Notes: generated from the letters alone by a model not told the origin. DNA of 64,000 nt from a virus (IMGVR_UViG_3300042894_006602), one strand, 5' to 3'; numbered from the stretch's first letter, positions 37,025 through 46,781 are shown. Translations and numbers: made by a program.

Positions 37025-37594
37025 ATGAAATCAATTGATTTAAAATCATTACTTATAACAGAAAAAAACATTGATCTACTTAAAAAAAATGACCAACTGG
37101 CTTGGAATATTAAAAGGCTGTTAGATGTAGACATTGACCAATCTCAATCGATTAGATTTGGTAATATGTTTCAGAATTTTATAAAATCTGTTGTAATTGA
37201 GGCGGGTGGTAATGTTCTTACACAACAGTTTGCAGATATTTATGGTGTAGGTGAAACTAAATCAAATAAAGGTCAAAAAGACGTTGATATTTGGTTCAAT
37301 TATGGTGATAAAATGTATTACTTTGAAGCAAAAACAAATCTTGATTTAGACTCCGAAAAATCAAAAGCAACTGACCAAAAGGTTTCTGCAATTTCTGACT
37401 GGATGAAAATCACATACCCAGACTGTGAAGTAGTTTTTGGTATTTTATCTTGTTGGTTTACAAAAGAGCCTGGTCTTCCTGTGAAGGTTAAAAATGTGTT
37501 CTTTATGAAAGACCTCTTTAATTTATTAGATATTAAAATAAGTGCAGAAGAATATTATCAAATTATGAAAGATTTTGGTAAAATGATTAAATAA
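37025..37594 (+). CDS. hypothetical protein with PD-(D/E)xK-like motif
   Basis: Start taken at MKSIDLK, because the track ORF start lies inside the upstream terminator. VDIWFNYGDKMYYFEAKT gives D...E-A-K. Confidence 0.4.
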   Translation: MKSIDLKSLLITEKNIDLLKKNDQLAWNIKRLLDVDIDQSQSIRFGNMFQNFIKSVVIEAGGNVLTQQFADIYGVGETKSNKGQKDVDIWFNYGDKMYYFEAKTNLDLDSEKSKATDQKVSAISDWMKITYPDCEVVFGILSCWFTKEPGLPVKVKNVFFMKDLFNLLDIKISAEEYYQIMKDFGKMIK

Positions 37595-37627
37595 AAAAAA
37601 CCTCAGATTTCTCTGAGGTTTTTTTAT
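37593..37627. terminator. bidirectional terminator (A8-CCTCAGATTTCTCTGAGG-T9)
   Basis: A perfect 7-bp stem between convergent genes. The core CTCAGATTTCTCTGAG is identical to the terminator at 51019-51038. Confidence 0.75.
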
Positions 37628-38265
37628 TTTGTAGATTTCTCAACTGCTTTTCTTTCTTTTTCAATAAGTTTTTTTGCTTTTTCAAAGCTTTTTACCGTTG
37701 TGGTTGGTGTTCTTTGACCAGTATATCTTGTTCCTCTTGTTACAGGGTCTACATATTCAATTTGACAAGTTTCAGCAAGTCCTTTTGTGAGGATTTTTGG
37801 ATAAATATCTATTAAGATTTTAAACCACTCTGATGTGTCTACATATCCTGATCCTATTGTATAAACAAGATATTCTGAGCAACTTGTAAAGGCTTTAGAG
37901 AATTGTTTTTCTTCTGCTGGAACGGTGGTTAGTTTTTCATAAACTTTAAGTCCGTCTGTTGTCATTTTTGTTTTATCCCACGGAGTTTTTGGACACCATT
38001 GCTCAAAGGCTTTAATAAAATTTTGAACTTTTTGAGCATAATCGTCACCTAAAGCAACATTAAGTTTAGTATCTAGTACAGACTGCTCTTTAATTGCATT
38101 AAATAATTTATCACCTGTCATTTCTGAATCAACTTCAGCATTAAGTATAGTAACTTGGTAACTATCAAGACTTTCAGGGGCATTAATAAAGAAGTTAGTT
38201 AGGTCAGTTTCATTGTCGAACCATCTAAAATTTGTTTTCTTTCGCTTAACTAAATAGATTTTCAT
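37624..38265 (-). CDS. hypothetical protein (213 aa)
   Basis: ORF only. Confidence 0.45.
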   Translation of the reverse strand: MKIYLVKRKKTNFRWFDNETDLTNFFINAPESLDSYQVTILNAEVDSEMTGDKLFNAIKEQSVLDTKLNVALGDDYAQKVQNFIKAFEQWCPKTPWDKTKMTTDGLKVYEKLTTVPAEEKQFSKAFTSCSEYLVYTIGSGYVDTSEWFKILIDIYPKILTKGLAETCQIEYVDPVTRGTRYTGQRTPTTTVKSFEKAKKLIEKERKAVEKSTK

Positions 38266-38303
38266 ATGACAAAGATAATAAAAAATATTATTTTGTCAAA
38301 ATT

Positions 38304-39566
38304 TTACTCATTTTTTATTGATTTGTAAAGTGAAGTCACTTTAACATCAAGACCTTTTGCTATATCAACACTTCTGTTATAAACGTCATCGAATTTCTTT
38401 TCGTTAAGTAGTTTACCTTCTTCATCAACTCCAGTTAAAATTGATTCGATATTATATTGGAACTTACTTAAATCAGCATAAACATCATCAATTGCTTCTT
38501 TAAGACCATCAGCAATATCTTCAATTCTTTCTTCAATACCCATCAGATAAAGTGTATATTTATGTGGTGAGCCTTTCAATTTAGCAACTGAAAATAAATT
38601 ACTTGGTGTAAAAAAGTTTCTATAACAAAGTGGATCTGTCTTATCTTCAATGCCTCTAAGTACAGTAATTTCAATTCTATCAGCAAATTTTAAACATATA
38701 ACAAAGTGGTCAACCGGTGTTGGTAGTCTTCCTTCTTGTTTTGCTTTTTCTTCATCTAAATAAGCAACTGGAAGTGTAGCAGTTAAACTATCATAAAGTT
38801 TTATTTGCCAAGTTTCACCATCGGCTCTAATATCAGCTTTCGAATTGTCTTCAACAATTTTAGAGTTTTTAATCATACCACCTAAGAATGATTCAAAAAG
38901 AAAACCAGAAGAAGCTGGAGTAAAAAAGTCCTTAATTTCATTAATATAATGTAGAAGCATAATTGCTGACATCTCTTTTTGAATTGTTCTACGGCTTCTT
39001 TTTCTTTTTTCAATACCCTGGCTTAAAGATTGTAGTTCAGAAAGTTTCATTACAAAACCATCACGACCCGAACCAGTTCCGAGACCTCTTGAGTATCTAC
39101 GAACTTTCTTAACAACTTCCATATCAACTTTAGTGTTGACCCAACCAGTTGATAAGATTGGAATTAATTTTGAATAATCATATGGATTACCTTCTTCGAG
39201 TTTGCCTTCTGGTGTTTTTACAGTATCATAAAATTTCCAAAATCTACTTTTAACATTCTTTATATAACTTGGAACTTTTACTTGGTTACCATCAGCGTCA
39301 ACTAAGTGTCCATTTTGCATATTTTTCTTAGGAGCAACTAACTGTCCATTTTTATCAATTCCTGCTAAGTATCTAATACCATCGTGTCCAATAATTCCCA
39401 CGACTTCATTTCTACCACCAACTTTTGCTTTTTCAATATTTCCTTTTCTTAGGGGATATTGTTCAATTGAGCCATTATAAAGATTTCCCATTTCGTCGAT
39501 TACGCAATCGAGAACAGGAATCATTACAACTTCATTCAAAAACTCGGTAAACTTAAATAAATTCAT
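38304..39566 (-). CDS. N-tagged (MNLFKFTEFLNE) hypothetical protein (420 aa)
   Basis: Shares the N-terminal motif. No recognisable catalytic motif. Confidence 0.5.
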   Translation of the reverse strand: MNLFKFTEFLNEVVMIPVLDCVIDEMGNLYNGSIEQYPLRKGNIEKAKVGGRNEVVGIIGHDGIRYLAGIDKNGQLVAPKKNMQNGHLVDADGNQVKVPSYIKNVKSRFWKFYDTVKTPEGKLEEGNPYDYSKLIPILSTGWVNTKVDMEVVKKVRRYSRGLGTGSGRDGFVMKLSELQSLSQGIEKRKRSRRTIQKEMSAIMLLHYINEIKDFFTPASSGFLFESFLGGMIKNSKIVEDNSKADIRADGETWQIKLYDSLTATLPVAYLDEEKAKQEGRLPTPVDHFVICLKFADRIEITVLRGIEDKTDPLCYRNFFTPSNLFSVAKLKGSPHKYTLYLMGIEERIEDIADGLKEAIDDVYADLSKFQYNIESILTGVDEEGKLLNEKKFDDVYNRSVDIAKGLDVKVTSLYKSIKNE

Positions 39567-39635
39567 TGTAGAGTATATATTAAAATCTTTTAACTAATTA
39601 TCGATTTAATGAAAAAAAATTAAAATATATAGAGT

Positions 39636-40463
39636 ATGAAAATCATTTTATTTATAGCCACATTAAGTTTACTTTTAGGTTGTGCAAAGTCAAATTTACC
39701 CGAATCTGATTCCGATGTTAGTTTAAATAATATCAATAATATAGATTCATTGAAGAGTAATCAGAAGATTTTAGATACTATGGTAATCCAAGAGGAACTT
39801 ATAGTTGTACAAGAGCTAAAAAGAATACCGATGGATGAAAACAAAAGTACTGTGGATGAAGTAAAGATAATTGAGAAACACGAAAAGAAAACTCAATTAA
39901 AAGTTGTTGATAGAACTTCTAAAAATTCCGATGTAAATAAAGGTTGGATTGCTTATTCAGTTCCAGAAGAAATGAAAGTTGAAAAGAGTTTTTCAGTTAA
40001 AGTTAGAATATCTAAGAAAAGCGGTCAATCAAAAGCTGAATTGATTTTAGGCAATGATGATGCTATAAACAATCCAGACTATCCATCAATTGCTATGATT
40101 GAAGATGTTAAAGTGTCTGGTGAGATGTCTGCTGAATTGAGAGGTGATTTAGATGCTTTCAAAATCGTGTGTCTTTCTACACCAACACAAAATATAGATG
40201 ATGAAAGTTATACTGAGTGGGATTGGATTGTAACACCTAAAAAAGGTGGTCAAAATCATTTAAAATTGGTTGTTAAGTTAAAAGACTTAAATAAAGATAT
40301 CATAGTTTTTAATAGAAACATAAATGTAAAGTCTAATGTGCCGGTTGTTGTCAAAGGTTTTTTTGAAAAATACTGGCAATGGCTTATGACAACTATAATT
40401 ATTCCAGTATTTATATACTTCTGGAATAAGAAGAAGAAAAAGAGACAAACAAAAAAGAGTTAG
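39636..40463 (+). CDS. lipoprotein with C-terminal TM anchor and poly-Lys tail
   Basis: Signal peptide with an LLGCAKS lipobox, a C-terminal TM helix and KKKKRQTKKS. Confidence 0.5.
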   Translation: MKIILFIATLSLLLGCAKSNLPESDSDVSLNNINNIDSLKSNQKILDTMVIQEELIVVQELKRIPMDENKSTVDEVKIIEKHEKKTQLKVVDRTSKNSDVNKGWIAYSVPEEMKVEKSFSVKVRISKKSGQSKAELILGNDDAINNPDYPSIAMIEDVKVSGEMSAELRGDLDAFKIVCLSTPTQNIDDESYTEWDWIVTPKKGGQNHLKLVVKLKDLNKDIIVFNRNINVKSNVPVVVKGFFEKYWQWLMTTIIIPVFIYFWNKKKKKRQTKKS

Positions 40464-40486
40464 AAAAATCTAACTCTTTTTTTTTA
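40452..40486. terminator. bidirectional terminator (AGAGTTAGAAAAATCTAACTCT + T9)
   Basis: Hairpin overlapping the stop codon of the 39636-40463 gene, between convergent genes. Confidence 0.65.
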
Positions 40487-40753
40487 ATACTCTTCATCGT
40501 AATCATCATAACCAAAGTCATCATAATCATCATCTTCTTCATCCCTATCTAAATAAGGAAAAACATCATTCTCATCAAAAAGTTCAATCAATTCTTCAAT
40601 TTCTACTTCTTCTAAATCCAAGTCTTCAATTTTGAAAACCTCACCATCCAATTCGAATTTAATTTTTAATTCTTTCTGTAGTTGCTTTAATCTTTTTAAT
40701 ACTGCTTTTCTATCAATTGCTTCGTCTAAACTGTAATAATTGTGGAGTTCCAT
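40484..40753 (-). CDS. small highly acidic protein (C-terminal DDDYDDFGYDDYDEEY)
   Basis: 89 aa with a strongly acidic C-terminal third. Confidence 0.45.
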   Translation of the reverse strand: MELHNYYSLDEAIDRKAVLKRLKQLQKELKIKFELDGEVFKIEDLDLEEVEIEELIELFDENDVFPYLDRDEEDDDYDDFGYDDYDEEY

Positions 40754-40761
40754 ATTTTATT

Positions 40762-41505
40762 CTATTTTTTATTTAATTTTTTTGCTATTTCGGTTTCTGA
40801 TAATCTTGGTAATTCCTCAGTGATTGGATATTTAGTTAAGATAGCAAATTTTTCACCATCATCCATATAAGTAACATCTAAATAGTATCCAGCACACTTA
40901 ATCTTCATTCTGGTATCAGAAATCTCAACTGGAATTATCTCAGAAGTTTGTGGTAAATCGAATGATTTAATATTTCTGATAAATCCCCAGTTGTCATTCT
41001 TATAAAATTCTGCCTTCAAAAGTTGTAAAAAACTTGAATCTTTTTTTAATAACTCATTTTTTCTAATACCATGAACATCTTTAAATTTGAAGCCAAGTGT
41101 TATGTGAAAGTCAAAAGGTTTTAATCCGAATCTGTTTCTTATAGCGTTTAATTTTTCAGATTTACAAACTATAAAATAACATCTATTTTCATTCTGAAAT
41201 GCGGTTCCGATACCTAACATTTTCAAATCATCAATCTCATAATGAAATATTGGTTCGAGTGAATTAATGAATTTGTCAATACCCAAATCTTTTGAAAGTT
41301 GATTGTAATCCATTACATTAATAACGGTTAGATGATATTTGCCACCATCACGTTGCTTTTGTAAATCAGTGAATATTTTGAAATCATCTTCGCCAATAAT
41401 AGACTCCAATTCATTCAAATAAGGCTCAACAATGTCATGTGGTATATCTAAACCCAAATAATTGTTAGCCACGCGGTCTTTTAAATAAGAAACATAATAA
41501 ATCAT
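40762..41505 (-). CDS. 2H phosphoesterase superfamily protein (LigT/CPDase-like)
   Basis: Two H-x-T-x motifs (GKYHLTVIN and FDFHITLGF) at the spacing typical of 2',3'-cyclic phosphodiesterase / 2'-5' RNA ligase folds. Confidence 0.6.
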   Translation of the reverse strand: MIYYVSYLKDRVANNYLGLDIPHDIVEPYLNELESIIGEDDFKIFTDLQKQRDGGKYHLTVINVMDYNQLSKDLGIDKFINSLEPIFHYEIDDLKMLGIGTAFQNENRCYFIVCKSEKLNAIRNRFGLKPFDFHITLGFKFKDVHGIRKNELLKKDSSFLQLLKAEFYKNDNWGFIRNIKSFDLPQTSEIIPVEISDTRMKIKCAGYYLDVTYMDDGEKFAILTKYPITEELPRLSETEIAKKLNKK

Positions 41506-41524
41506 AAGTGTATATATTCAGAAA

Positions 41525-42697
41525 TTATAAAAGATTTTTGAAATTTTCTATTTCTCTCTTTTTAATTTCAATTCCTAAATCTCTACCCTTAAAACCCTGA
41601 GACATAAGCTCTTCAGCCGATGTGATTGGTTTATACTCAACGAATTTAATTTTGACATTATCATTAATGCCCAATGCTTTATACCATTCAATTATAGTAT
41701 TATCATCAATGTGACACTGAAGTTTAGATTTATACATATCAAAAGCCAACTCAGGAGTTAATTGTAATAATCTAATTAAGAAAACCACTTTTGTTGATAC
41801 TTCTGATTCTATTTTATAATCTTGAACCAATTTCTTTTCTAATCCATCCGTACTTTCATTCTTAAATAGATTAGCAATAACTACAACAAAATCTTTACTA
41901 TCAACTAATTCAGTATTGATATCAGAATCCGGAAATACTTCAGACCACATATCAAACTTAGTAAAGAAGTTCAAATAGTTTCTATAATCTTTTGCTTGTT
42001 TCCAAGCTTTCTTCATTTCTTCCCAGACTCTTTCTTGAGAAATTCTTTTCATTTCACCAGTTTCAGGTTCTATATTTTCTAATTGTTTTCTTTTTTCAAT
42101 TGCCTTCTCAGTGTCTACATGAAGTGGATGTCCATATCTCGAAGCAAAACGAAATGCTCTTAAAATTCTTAAACTATCTTCGTCAAACCTTTCTATAGGA
42201 TCACCAACCATTTGAGTTATACCTTTTTCTAAGTGCTCACGACCTCCAGTCAAATCAACAATCTCTTTATTATCTAAGTCATAGAAAAGTGCGTTATAAG
42301 TCAAATCTCTTCTTTTAACATCATCTTCAATAGTAACTCCTAATTTAACTTCAGGGTTTCTTCCTTTACTAACATCTTCTCTGAATGTAGCAATTTCCAT
42401 TCCCTCTGGTTGATCATCGGTGAATACAACTACAACTCCAAATGCTTTACCCTGTAAGTTAGTCTTATAATCTTTTCCGATGATTTCTAATACCTCATCT
42501 GGGAGAGCGTCAGTTGCTAAGTCAAAGTCTTTTGGTTTATCTCCAGTGAGGAAGTCTCTAACGGCACCTCCGACGACATACAATTTTTTTCCTTTTGATT
42601 TGAAAAGTAATTGCAATTCTTTAACCGATTGTGGAATTATATTCCACATATCTGAACTTTGTGATTCTAAAAACTGTTGATATTTTTTAATTTTCAT
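41525..42697 (-). CDS. cca: tRNA nucleotidyltransferase (CCA-adding enzyme / poly(A) polymerase head-domain family), N-tagged (MKIKKYQQFLES)
   Basis: LYVVGGAVRDFLTG..PKDFDLAT (the GG..RD..DxD nucleotidyltransferase core), RDLTYNALFYD and DPIERFDEDSLRILRAFRFASRYG match class II CCA enzymes. Confidence 0.8.
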   Translation of the reverse strand: MKIKKYQQFLESQSSDMWNIIPQSVKELQLLFKSKGKKLYVVGGAVRDFLTGDKPKDFDLATDALPDEVLEIIGKDYKTNLQGKAFGVVVVFTDDQPEGMEIATFREDVSKGRNPEVKLGVTIEDDVKRRDLTYNALFYDLDNKEIVDLTGGREHLEKGITQMVGDPIERFDEDSLRILRAFRFASRYGHPLHVDTEKAIEKRKQLENIEPETGEMKRISQERVWEEMKKAWKQAKDYRNYLNFFTKFDMWSEVFPDSDINTELVDSKDFVVVIANLFKNESTDGLEKKLVQDYKIESEVSTKVVFLIRLLQLTPELAFDMYKSKLQCHIDDNTIIEWYKALGINDNVKIKFVEYKPITSAEELMSQGFKGRDLGIEIKKREIENFKNLL

Positions 42698-42713
42698 TTT
42701 GTAAATATAATAA

Positions 42714-44009
42714 TTAATCTCTATATAATGAATTTAATCTCACCACTCTAAGTTTATCAATAAAATCTTCCAACTCTGACAATTCAACTGGTCTTTCTTC
42801 ATGTTCACACCAAGTTTCGATTATATCTTCTTTAAAGTCTTTACCATTTGGTTGTATATAATCAATGTCACCTTCAAAAAGATCAACTAATAAATTTCTA
42901 AACTTAATAGCTTCTCTTCTGTTTGAGAAATAAACTTCACTAAACTCAGATCCTTCAATCGATACAACTCCTGTAGACACCATAGGTAGTTTTACACCAT
43001 CTTCATCTTTGCAGTTTTGATTGGTCAGATTGATATAAACATCTTGTAACCAAATTATACCATTATTTGAGTTTGTATAACCTCTGATATCACCACCAAC
43101 ATACCAATCTAAAACTTCTAAATCTTCTTCTGAAACTGGATGAACTCCAAACATAAACTGTGGCCAAAGTGAATTTCTATCAAGATCTAACCATTCTGGT
43201 AGCATCTCACTTAGGTAATAGTCAGAATTAAAATACAATTGTATATAACAATTTGCGAATTTAATTTCACTTCCCAGACCCATAACGGTACCACCACCCT
43301 TAACAAATCTTAGTTGAAATTGACCTAATTTTTTTGCTTCTTCTAAAGCCATCTTGTGTTTAGCATCCTTTTCTCTTTGTCTAACAACCTCTGCCCAAGC
43401 TCTTAGTTGTTCAGGTCTTTTAATATGACCTAAACTTTTTAATTTATCAGCCGCACTTATGTATGTTCTTGGATCAAGATCTTCATTTGTTGAAAGGTGT
43501 CCTCTCGTTCTATCTACAAAAATTTTTTCCTTAGTGAATGAAATCTCAAATGTCCATTTATTAACTCTATCAAAAGTCGTTGGATCATATACTGGTGAGT
43601 TTATAATTTGAGGTCTTCTTTGGTATTCTTTTTCAATAGACTTGACACCAAATGTTTCAGGATCTGTTGTCCAATGATAACCTTTAATTTTCTGGTTAAT
43701 TGTGAATCCATCTTCTGATTCTTCAAAGTTTTCATCTTCTACACAAGTAAAGTGTTCTATTTCAAATCCCTCTCCACTTAAATAAGACCAAATAGATTCA
43801 ATTGGTATTTTTATATCACTATATGTGAATTCTTTATTCCTACTCACAGAAACTTTAACTCTTTCTTTTTGTGAATGATAATCTATCTCAGAAACATTAG
43901 TTTGAAACTCATCATCCCTTAATTCAATAAGCAAGTCTTCAACTGTTGATTTCAATTCTGATTTCAATCTAACACCGACAGCTTCTTCATATCTTTTTAA
44001 ATACTTCAT
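42714..44009 (-). CDS. paralog family member A (431 aa; N-tag MKYLKRYEEA, C-term SLYRD)
   Basis: Part of a 4-gene tandem array with overlapping stop/start codons. Confidence 0.55.
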   Translation of the reverse strand: MKYLKRYEEAVGVRLKSELKSTVEDLLIELRDDEFQTNVSEIDYHSQKERVKVSVSRNKEFTYSDIKIPIESIWSYLSGEGFEIEHFTCVEDENFEESEDGFTINQKIKGYHWTTDPETFGVKSIEKEYQRRPQIINSPVYDPTTFDRVNKWTFEISFTKEKIFVDRTRGHLSTNEDLDPRTYISAADKLKSLGHIKRPEQLRAWAEVVRQREKDAKHKMALEEAKKLGQFQLRFVKGGGTVMGLGSEIKFANCYIQLYFNSDYYLSEMLPEWLDLDRNSLWPQFMFGVHPVSEEDLEVLDWYVGGDIRGYTNSNNGIIWLQDVYINLTNQNCKDEDGVKLPMVSTGVVSIEGSEFSEVYFSNRREAIKFRNLLVDLFEGDIDYIQPNGKDFKEDIIETWCEHEERPVELSELEDFIDKLRVVRLNSLYRD

Positions 44010-44012
44010 CTT

Positions 44013-44870
44013 TTAATCTCTATATAAACCATTTACTGACATTCTCTTAGCAGCATCAACAGCTCCTTTATAAGTATCTTCACCAAAAGGATTTTTTGGC
44101 CAGGTATCTGGATCTGTTAAATCATATTCATCCTCTCTACCATTTAAGTAATGGTCCATCAGTTTTTTTCTCCACCCCTCTTCATCTAAACTAAGTGTTG
44201 ATTTTAATTGTTCTGCAATTGTTCTTTCACCATAAGTACCCCAATTTGATTTTCCTTCTAATGTATTAGATAACAAGTTTTTAAATTTCATAGCATCTGA
44301 TCTATAGTTAAAGTGGAAAGTAAATCCATCTCTATCTTCAAATCCACCAAGTCCACATGTATAAGAAGGAACTCCGCCTTTACCAAAAAGAGTAAGCCAC
44401 AATCTATTAGTCCAGTATCTATAGTCACCCCACATAGAGTTATTTCTAAAATACTCAATGTCTTTATTTTCGCTTGTTTCAAGCATTTTAAGCGTTTCAT
44501 CATCAGCTGGTATAATGGCAAATTCCATAGCAATTCCCATTGACCAATCCATACCTTCGTCTAACCAATCATGTAACTGGTCTTTAAACCAATCAGATTC
44601 TAAACACATTTGTAGATAAAATTTACCAGAAAATATATCTTTCTTATTTGATCCATAACCTCTTGCCACTGTAATATCAAATAAACCAAACTCTTTATTT
44701 TCACTTTGAGCTTGTAATAACTTTTGAGATTTCTCTTTTAATTCAACTTGAGTTGCATAATCTAATAATTCCGCACCTCTTCTTTTGTGACCCATCTGAG
44801 TGAATTTTTCACCTGCTTTTTTGTAAGTAGATGCTTTTAACTCTTCATTAAATCTTTTTAAATATCTCAT
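44013..44870 (-). CDS. paralog family member B (285 aa; N-tag MRYLKRFNEEL, C-term NGLYRD)
   Basis: The N-terminal 40 aa are alignable with members C and D (..TY..AG.K....GH..R...L). Confidence 0.55.
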   Translation of the reverse strand: MRYLKRFNEELKASTYKKAGEKFTQMGHKRRGAELLDYATQVELKEKSQKLLQAQSENKEFGLFDITVARGYGSNKKDIFSGKFYLQMCLESDWFKDQLHDWLDEGMDWSMGIAMEFAIIPADDETLKMLETSENKDIEYFRNNSMWGDYRYWTNRLWLTLFGKGGVPSYTCGLGGFEDRDGFTFHFNYRSDAMKFKNLLSNTLEGKSNWGTYGERTIAEQLKSTLSLDEEGWRKKLMDHYLNGREDEYDLTDPDTWPKNPFGEDTYKGAVDAAKRMSVNGLYRD

Positions 44871-45592
44871 AGTGTTGAAGAAAGTAAATTTGGACTAATT
44901 GTTCTCATGTATTCAGCAGCATCTTCTAATTTAAATCCATAATCAGAAGAGAATGAATTCTCAGCTAAGATACAATTTGTTAATTTTTCATATAAGTCAT
45001 CAGCATCCGTATAACCAGAAGGATACCCTAATTGCGGATTACTAAATATTTGAATAAGTAAATTTTTGAACTTGTTAGCGGACCCTCTATCAGCAAAATT
45101 GATTTTACCATTCATATCTTCATCATAGTCCCACATATTCCACTTAGTAAATCTAACAGTATCTCCTAATTCATATTCTAAATTAAAGATTTTACCCCAG
45201 AAAAATCCATTTCCAAAGTCATAGTCTGGACAAAGTTCCATATACTGATAGATTAAATCTTCAGATGTTGGAATTAAACCTATAAAAAAAGTAATACCAC
45301 TTTCTGGTTCATCACCAAATGCCAAATCATCAAAGTTAACATCTAAATGAAAATCACCAGTTAATGTACTTCCGGTCTCTGGATTTTTTATAGTCATCTT
45401 AAATGTTCCGAATTGAGCATAATCTTGAATTCGGTCTTGCCACTTAATCATCTCTTCTTTTTTCTCAGTTTCTTTAGCCCAGTCTTTTAAAGCATTTGCT
45501 CTATCATGATGACCTAATTTATCAAGTTTTCTAGCAGCAGACATATAAGTCTGTGGTCTTAATTCTTCGTTAAACTTTTTTAAATACTTCAT
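44867..45592 (-). CDS. paralog family member C (241 aa; N-tag MKYLKKFNEEL)
   Basis: 4-nt overlaps (ATGA) with both neighbours. Confidence 0.55.
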   Translation of the reverse strand: MKYLKKFNEELRPQTYMSAARKLDKLGHHDRANALKDWAKETEKKEEMIKWQDRIQDYAQFGTFKMTIKNPETGSTLTGDFHLDVNFDDLAFGDEPESGITFFIGLIPTSEDLIYQYMELCPDYDFGNGFFWGKIFNLEYELGDTVRFTKWNMWDYDEDMNGKINFADRGSANKFKNLLIQIFSNPQLGYPSGYTDADDLYEKLTNCILAENSFSSDYGFKLEDAAEYMRTISPNLLSSTL

Positions 45593-46491
45593 AAACTTAT
45601 TTCTTTTTCATACCATCTACTACGAATCCAATCACCAGATCCACCACGAGTTGGTAAATCATCATCATAAAGACCTTGAATTTTTATTTTTGTAAAAGCA
45701 TCAACAGCTTTTTCTATGTTTTCTGATTTACCACCAACAATTCTTAAAACATTCATAATAGCATCTTTGATATCATCTAAGTGATTAGTGATAAGCCAGT
45801 TTTTAAATTTAACTGCTGATTTTCTGTCACTGAAAATACCATATTGATTATCATTAGGAGATTTTATGATTACATTATAACATGCAGACCAATTATAAAA
45901 TTCCGTCAAAGTAGTTGGAGTAAATTCTTCACCATCGCGAAGAAGTCCATTTTCAGCATCCCATCTAGCATCAGCATCCCAATCATTTAAACCACTATAC
46001 CATTCACTTAAGTCTATTTGTAAGTTAAAGGCTTTTACTTCTTTAGCAGTAGGATTATTAGCATTCCAACAAAAATTTGAGCTTCTATTACTTTTTTCTA
46101 TAGTTTCTCTTGTAGCCTTAAAGGAAAACTCAAAACTTATATTAAGTCCATCTTGACCCAATTTCCACCTTTCAACTAAATCTTCTGCTAACATTTCTGG
46201 ATCTTTTCCATATGACATTCCATTAAATCCTTTAAATTCATCTTTGTATTTTGTTGGAGTTGAAGCATAATAAATACCCGTCAATCTAGGTTGAGTAAAT
46301 GATGATTCTTTTGCTATAAAGACTGGATTATTATTTGCCCATGTCATATTATAAAAACCAAACTCTCTTTCATCAGCAAAATCATGTAGTAAAGAAGCTT
46401 GACTAGTCTTATTATAATAATCTAATTTACTACCAGCACTTCTGTAAGTCTTAGGATTTAACTCTTCGTTGAATTTCTTGATAAACTTCAT
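45589..46491 (-). CDS. paralog family member D (300 aa; N-tag MKFIKKFNEEL, C-terminal IQGLYDDD)
   Basis: Same N-terminal architecture as members A-C. Confidence 0.55.
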   Translation of the reverse strand: MKFIKKFNEELNPKTYRSAGSKLDYYNKTSQASLLHDFADEREFGFYNMTWANNNPVFIAKESSFTQPRLTGIYYASTPTKYKDEFKGFNGMSYGKDPEMLAEDLVERWKLGQDGLNISFEFSFKATRETIEKSNRSSNFCWNANNPTAKEVKAFNLQIDLSEWYSGLNDWDADARWDAENGLLRDGEEFTPTTLTEFYNWSACYNVIIKSPNDNQYGIFSDRKSAVKFKNWLITNHLDDIKDAIMNVLRIVGGKSENIEKAVDAFTKIKIQGLYDDDLPTRGGSGDWIRSRWYEKEISL

Positions 46492-46526
46492 ACGTTTTTA
46501 TATATTAAGTTTTTAATATATAAATT

Positions 46527-46781
46527 ATGAAATGGATAAAATTATTTGAGGATTTCAAACAAAATAATGAAGAAGGAACTCTTATTACAATTGATGATAT
46601 TATAAAATGTATTAAGAAAAGAGGAGTTATTTATGCGACGATTGTTAAAGAATATCCAGATAATAACCCAAAAGATCCAATCACTCCTGTTGATATAGAT
46701 GAAGATGGTTTAATAACAGTTGATATTGATGGAAAAGAATATCAAATTGACCTAGATGATGTTGAGAAAATAGAATACTAA
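46527..46781 (+). CDS. small N-tagged protein (MKWIKLFEDF)
   Basis: 84-aa ORF with the shared N-terminal motif. Confidence 0.4.
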   Translation: MKWIKLFEDFKQNNEEGTLITIDDIIKCIKKRGVIYATIVKEYPDNNPKDPITPVDIDEDGLITVDIDGKEYQIDLDDVEKIEY

